64,000 bases of DNA from Carcharhinus amblyrhynchos (lineage: Eukaryota). Shown piece by piece: positions 61,431 to 64,000 of the stretch (its first letter is position 1; the number at the start of each line of letters is the position of its first letter). The stretch covers positions 63,116,001-63,180,000 of the forward strand of contig OZ336880.1 of NCBI GenBank assembly GCA_965287045.1. The letters run 5' to 3'. The translations under genes and the position numbers were made by a program. The notes under the pieces were generated by a model. It saw only the letters and a list, made by a program, of their open reading frames with translations, was not told where the DNA came from and made no database searches.

Positions 61431-61994
61431 CATTTTAATTTGCCCCACTTAACTTTGTTTTGCTTTAATGTCTTTTATTCTTCAGGGCTTCTTTCTCTGA
61501 TTTGCACACTATTTTTGCTTTGATATTGGTTGCACTCTGGCCTTGCCCCTCTGTGCTACACTCTGGGCCTGGTCTACTATGTGTGGAAACTGGAATGACC
61601 ACTGCTGTCACCAGAGGGGAGAGTGAGGCTTGCGATTTGGGAGCAGGAGCACAGGGCAGTGAACCTGACTCAGAGGGTTGGCTAGAACAATCACTGCCAC
61701 TCAGAGAGGTGATATTGGAGCTTGGGACAAGAAGCTGCTGACCAGGTAGCGCTATGTAAGTAACTGGACCTTCCGGTTCAATCTGTGGTCACCAGCAGTT
61801 TAGTCTGTGTCTCCCTTCTCGGACCCAAACTGTGCCCCCTTCCCACCCTCACTCAAGCTCAATTTGTGGCCCCCATCTGCTCAGTCTGTGTCCCTCTCCA
61901 AATGGTGCCTCCTCCTCCTCCACACTGGCTCAATCTGCAGCCCACCCAGTTTAATCTGCAACCAAGGCACGGAGTCAGGAAGGTTTGCGATTTC

Positions 61995-63020
61995 AGAGAG
62001 AGGGAGAGGGACACAGAGTGGCAAAGAGGGAGAGAGAGAGAAAGGCAGAATGAGAAAGGAGAGAGAACGATGGGGGCAGGGAGATTTTTCTCTCCCATTT
62101 TTGGGGTGAGAATAAGGATTGACAGCAGGGACAGGAAATCCTGTGGGAGTCCCAAAACGTGTTTATGCCAGTGGGATTTCCTGTTGCGATTGCAGCACCA
62201 CCTCCCCCCTCTCTGCCCGCCCCCCCACCACCACAAATGATGTAATTGGTATTCTGACATCATCAGGATCACCATTTGAATATATTTAAATATAAAATAT
62301 AATTATCAGGCCTTTTTGCCTGATAGTTGGCCCCCTTACCCCAGCCCCACCCCCATCCCCAACCCCATAAAATTGTCCATTCATGTTAGCATGAGGGCAT
62401 ACCAATGTAAATCATGACAGTTTCCCCAAGACATGCGCCTGGCAAGCAGAACCCGCCAGAGGTGCAATTCTGTGTACAGCCCCTGGGGCAAGCAGAGGAT
62501 TATGCCTGGGCAGTACTCTGGTATTGATGTGTGGCACTCCCTCAGTGTTTCCCTGTGCTACCTTCCAGGCACAGTGTTCCATGGGGGCAGGTGCAGAATT
62601 CCATGGGGGAGGTTGGCCATGTGAGTATGGTCCTGTGTCCATGGTCAGGGGGTTCTGTCATGAAGTGGATTCTGAGAGCAGCTTCAAGGGAGTGAGGATG
62701 TTTTCTATCTTTACTTAAAATATTGGTGCCCTTTTGTTTTGATTACGAGCCAAAAAGTGTGGCAGAGGAAGCTGCCCTTGGGTCAAGCAGCTTCCACTCC
62801 ATTTCTCAAATCTCCTCAATAACTCTGCTCAAAATCAGAAAATTCCACCCACAACAGTGGGAAAAGAGAGAGAGTGTGGAAAAGGGGAGAGAGAGACAGA
62901 GTGGGAAAGAAGAGAGGGACAGAATGGGAAAGAAGAGAGGGGAAGAGAGGGACACAGTGGGAAAGAATATAGACTGAGAGAGAGAGGGAGAGAGCAAGGC
63001 AGATTGTGAAAAGAGAGAAA
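61995..63020. repeat. GA-rich low-complexity tracts flanking a probable Harbinger-like MITE (~62073-62850)
   Basis: Purine-rich runs at 61995-62070 and 62855-63020. The interior starts ggggcagggagattttt and ends gaaaattccaccc, similar to the other Harbinger-type termini. Confidence 0.45.
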
Positions 63021-63423
63021 CCCAGATTGGGTTTGCTGAAAGAGGGTGGGTGACCCCGGAATTAATGCAGAGACTGCTGGGCGCAAAGATGGACAGGGCA
63101 CAAAGTTTTCCTTTGAACTCAGTCATTATTTGTTTGTTAAAGTAAGCGATTTATTTTCTTTTGCTTTAAAATAATTTATCACTGAATTTTTGGTTACTTT
63201 CTGAAACACAGATTATAAACCATTGTGTTCACATGTTTTGCAAGCAGCTAAATCAGTTGATAAACAGTCAAAAATGATGACCGTTTTATGTATTAAAATA
63301 GGGAGTGGGCCAGGCTTTATCAAAATTACCAAAAGAGCATTAGCCAAAGCTCATTTTATAGCCGTGAATATAGGGGTTAGCTATTTTGATTGAAATGAAT
63401 GGAGTTCTGACCCAGATTTTGAT

Positions 63424-63487
63424 GGCAGCCCCGACCTGACCTGATTCCTGCTGGTAGTCCTGACCTGATCTGACTCCTGCCGGCAGC
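63424..63487. repeat. 29-bp tandem repeat (2.2 copies)
   Basis: ggcagccccgacctgacctgattcctgct / ggtagtcctgacctgatctgactcctgcc / ggcagc. Confidence 0.8.
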
Positions 63488-64000
63488 GAACACATTCAAA
63501 TGGATGAACTTACAACTGACTAGCCTGCCACAAATTAATTTACTTGTGTCCATCAGCTGTTTACTGCTGACAAGTCAGCCACTTTCAATCGGACGAGGAT
63601 ACGCAGAGAAATACGCAGCATTGAGCACAAGAAGTTCAGCCTATTCTGAGTCCCTGTGTGATTATTCTATGATGTGCTTCACTCCAAGCTACCATCCATC
63701 AATCAATTAAGGAATATCAGTCCTTTCCCCTTTTGTCTCCACTGAAAAACTATCATGTTGTTTATAGCTCTGTAACCCTCCATCCTTTTTCTCAAATGAT
63801 TCTGAGCCAATTGCCTTTGAAAATTTTCGATTAGACTCAAGTTGTCAGTTTGGTTCGGTTGGTAGCATTCTCACCTCTAGGTCAGAAAGGACCTGGAATC
63901 AAACCACACCCCAAATTGATCATTTAGTACAGAAGCCAGGGAATACTATAAGGTAGACACTATCGGCAACCTTGTAAATATAGGACCCAAGCCATTTCCT

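Noticed and set aside
61785-63126. 106-151 aa ORFs in the distal GC-richer region
   Set aside because: They derive from GA-rich low-complexity and transposon sequence, with no domain or splice support.
1-64000. CRISPR arrays, operons, rRNA or a second protein-coding gene
   Set aside because: This is eukaryotic gene-desert sequence with no repeat-spacer arrays and no recognisable additional exons. Short exons of another gene or lncRNA cannot be excluded by eye.

Overview
Vertebrate genomic DNA, very probably from a shark or other cartilaginous fish, judged from its repeats (HE1/V-SINE-type, DeuSINE-type and CR1 copies recognised by eye). The window holds one protein-coding gene, engrailed homeobox 1 (en1), on the + strand. 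It has two coding exons (10258-10762 and 13521-13840) joined by a phase-1 GT-AG intron, giving 274 aa with EH1, EH2, EH3, homeodomain and EH5 motifs. The first ~25 kb around en1 is AT-rich, keeps its CpGs and is nearly free of recognisable transposons, as expected for an unmethylated developmental-gene domain. The rest is CpG-depleted gene desert with decayed CR1 LINEs, SINEs, Penelope-derived pieces, PIF/Harbinger and pogo-like DNA transposons, and motif-dense unique blocks that may be conserved enhancers. I found no firm evidence for a new biological system. The best leads are a micro-uORF/hairpin/possible cryptic-intron cassette in the en1 leader, a Penelope-type insert with an intact minimal hammerhead ribozyme core, and the CpG/transposon boundary. 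Repeat family names come from remembered consensus sequences rather than a database search, and repeat boundaries are approximate.
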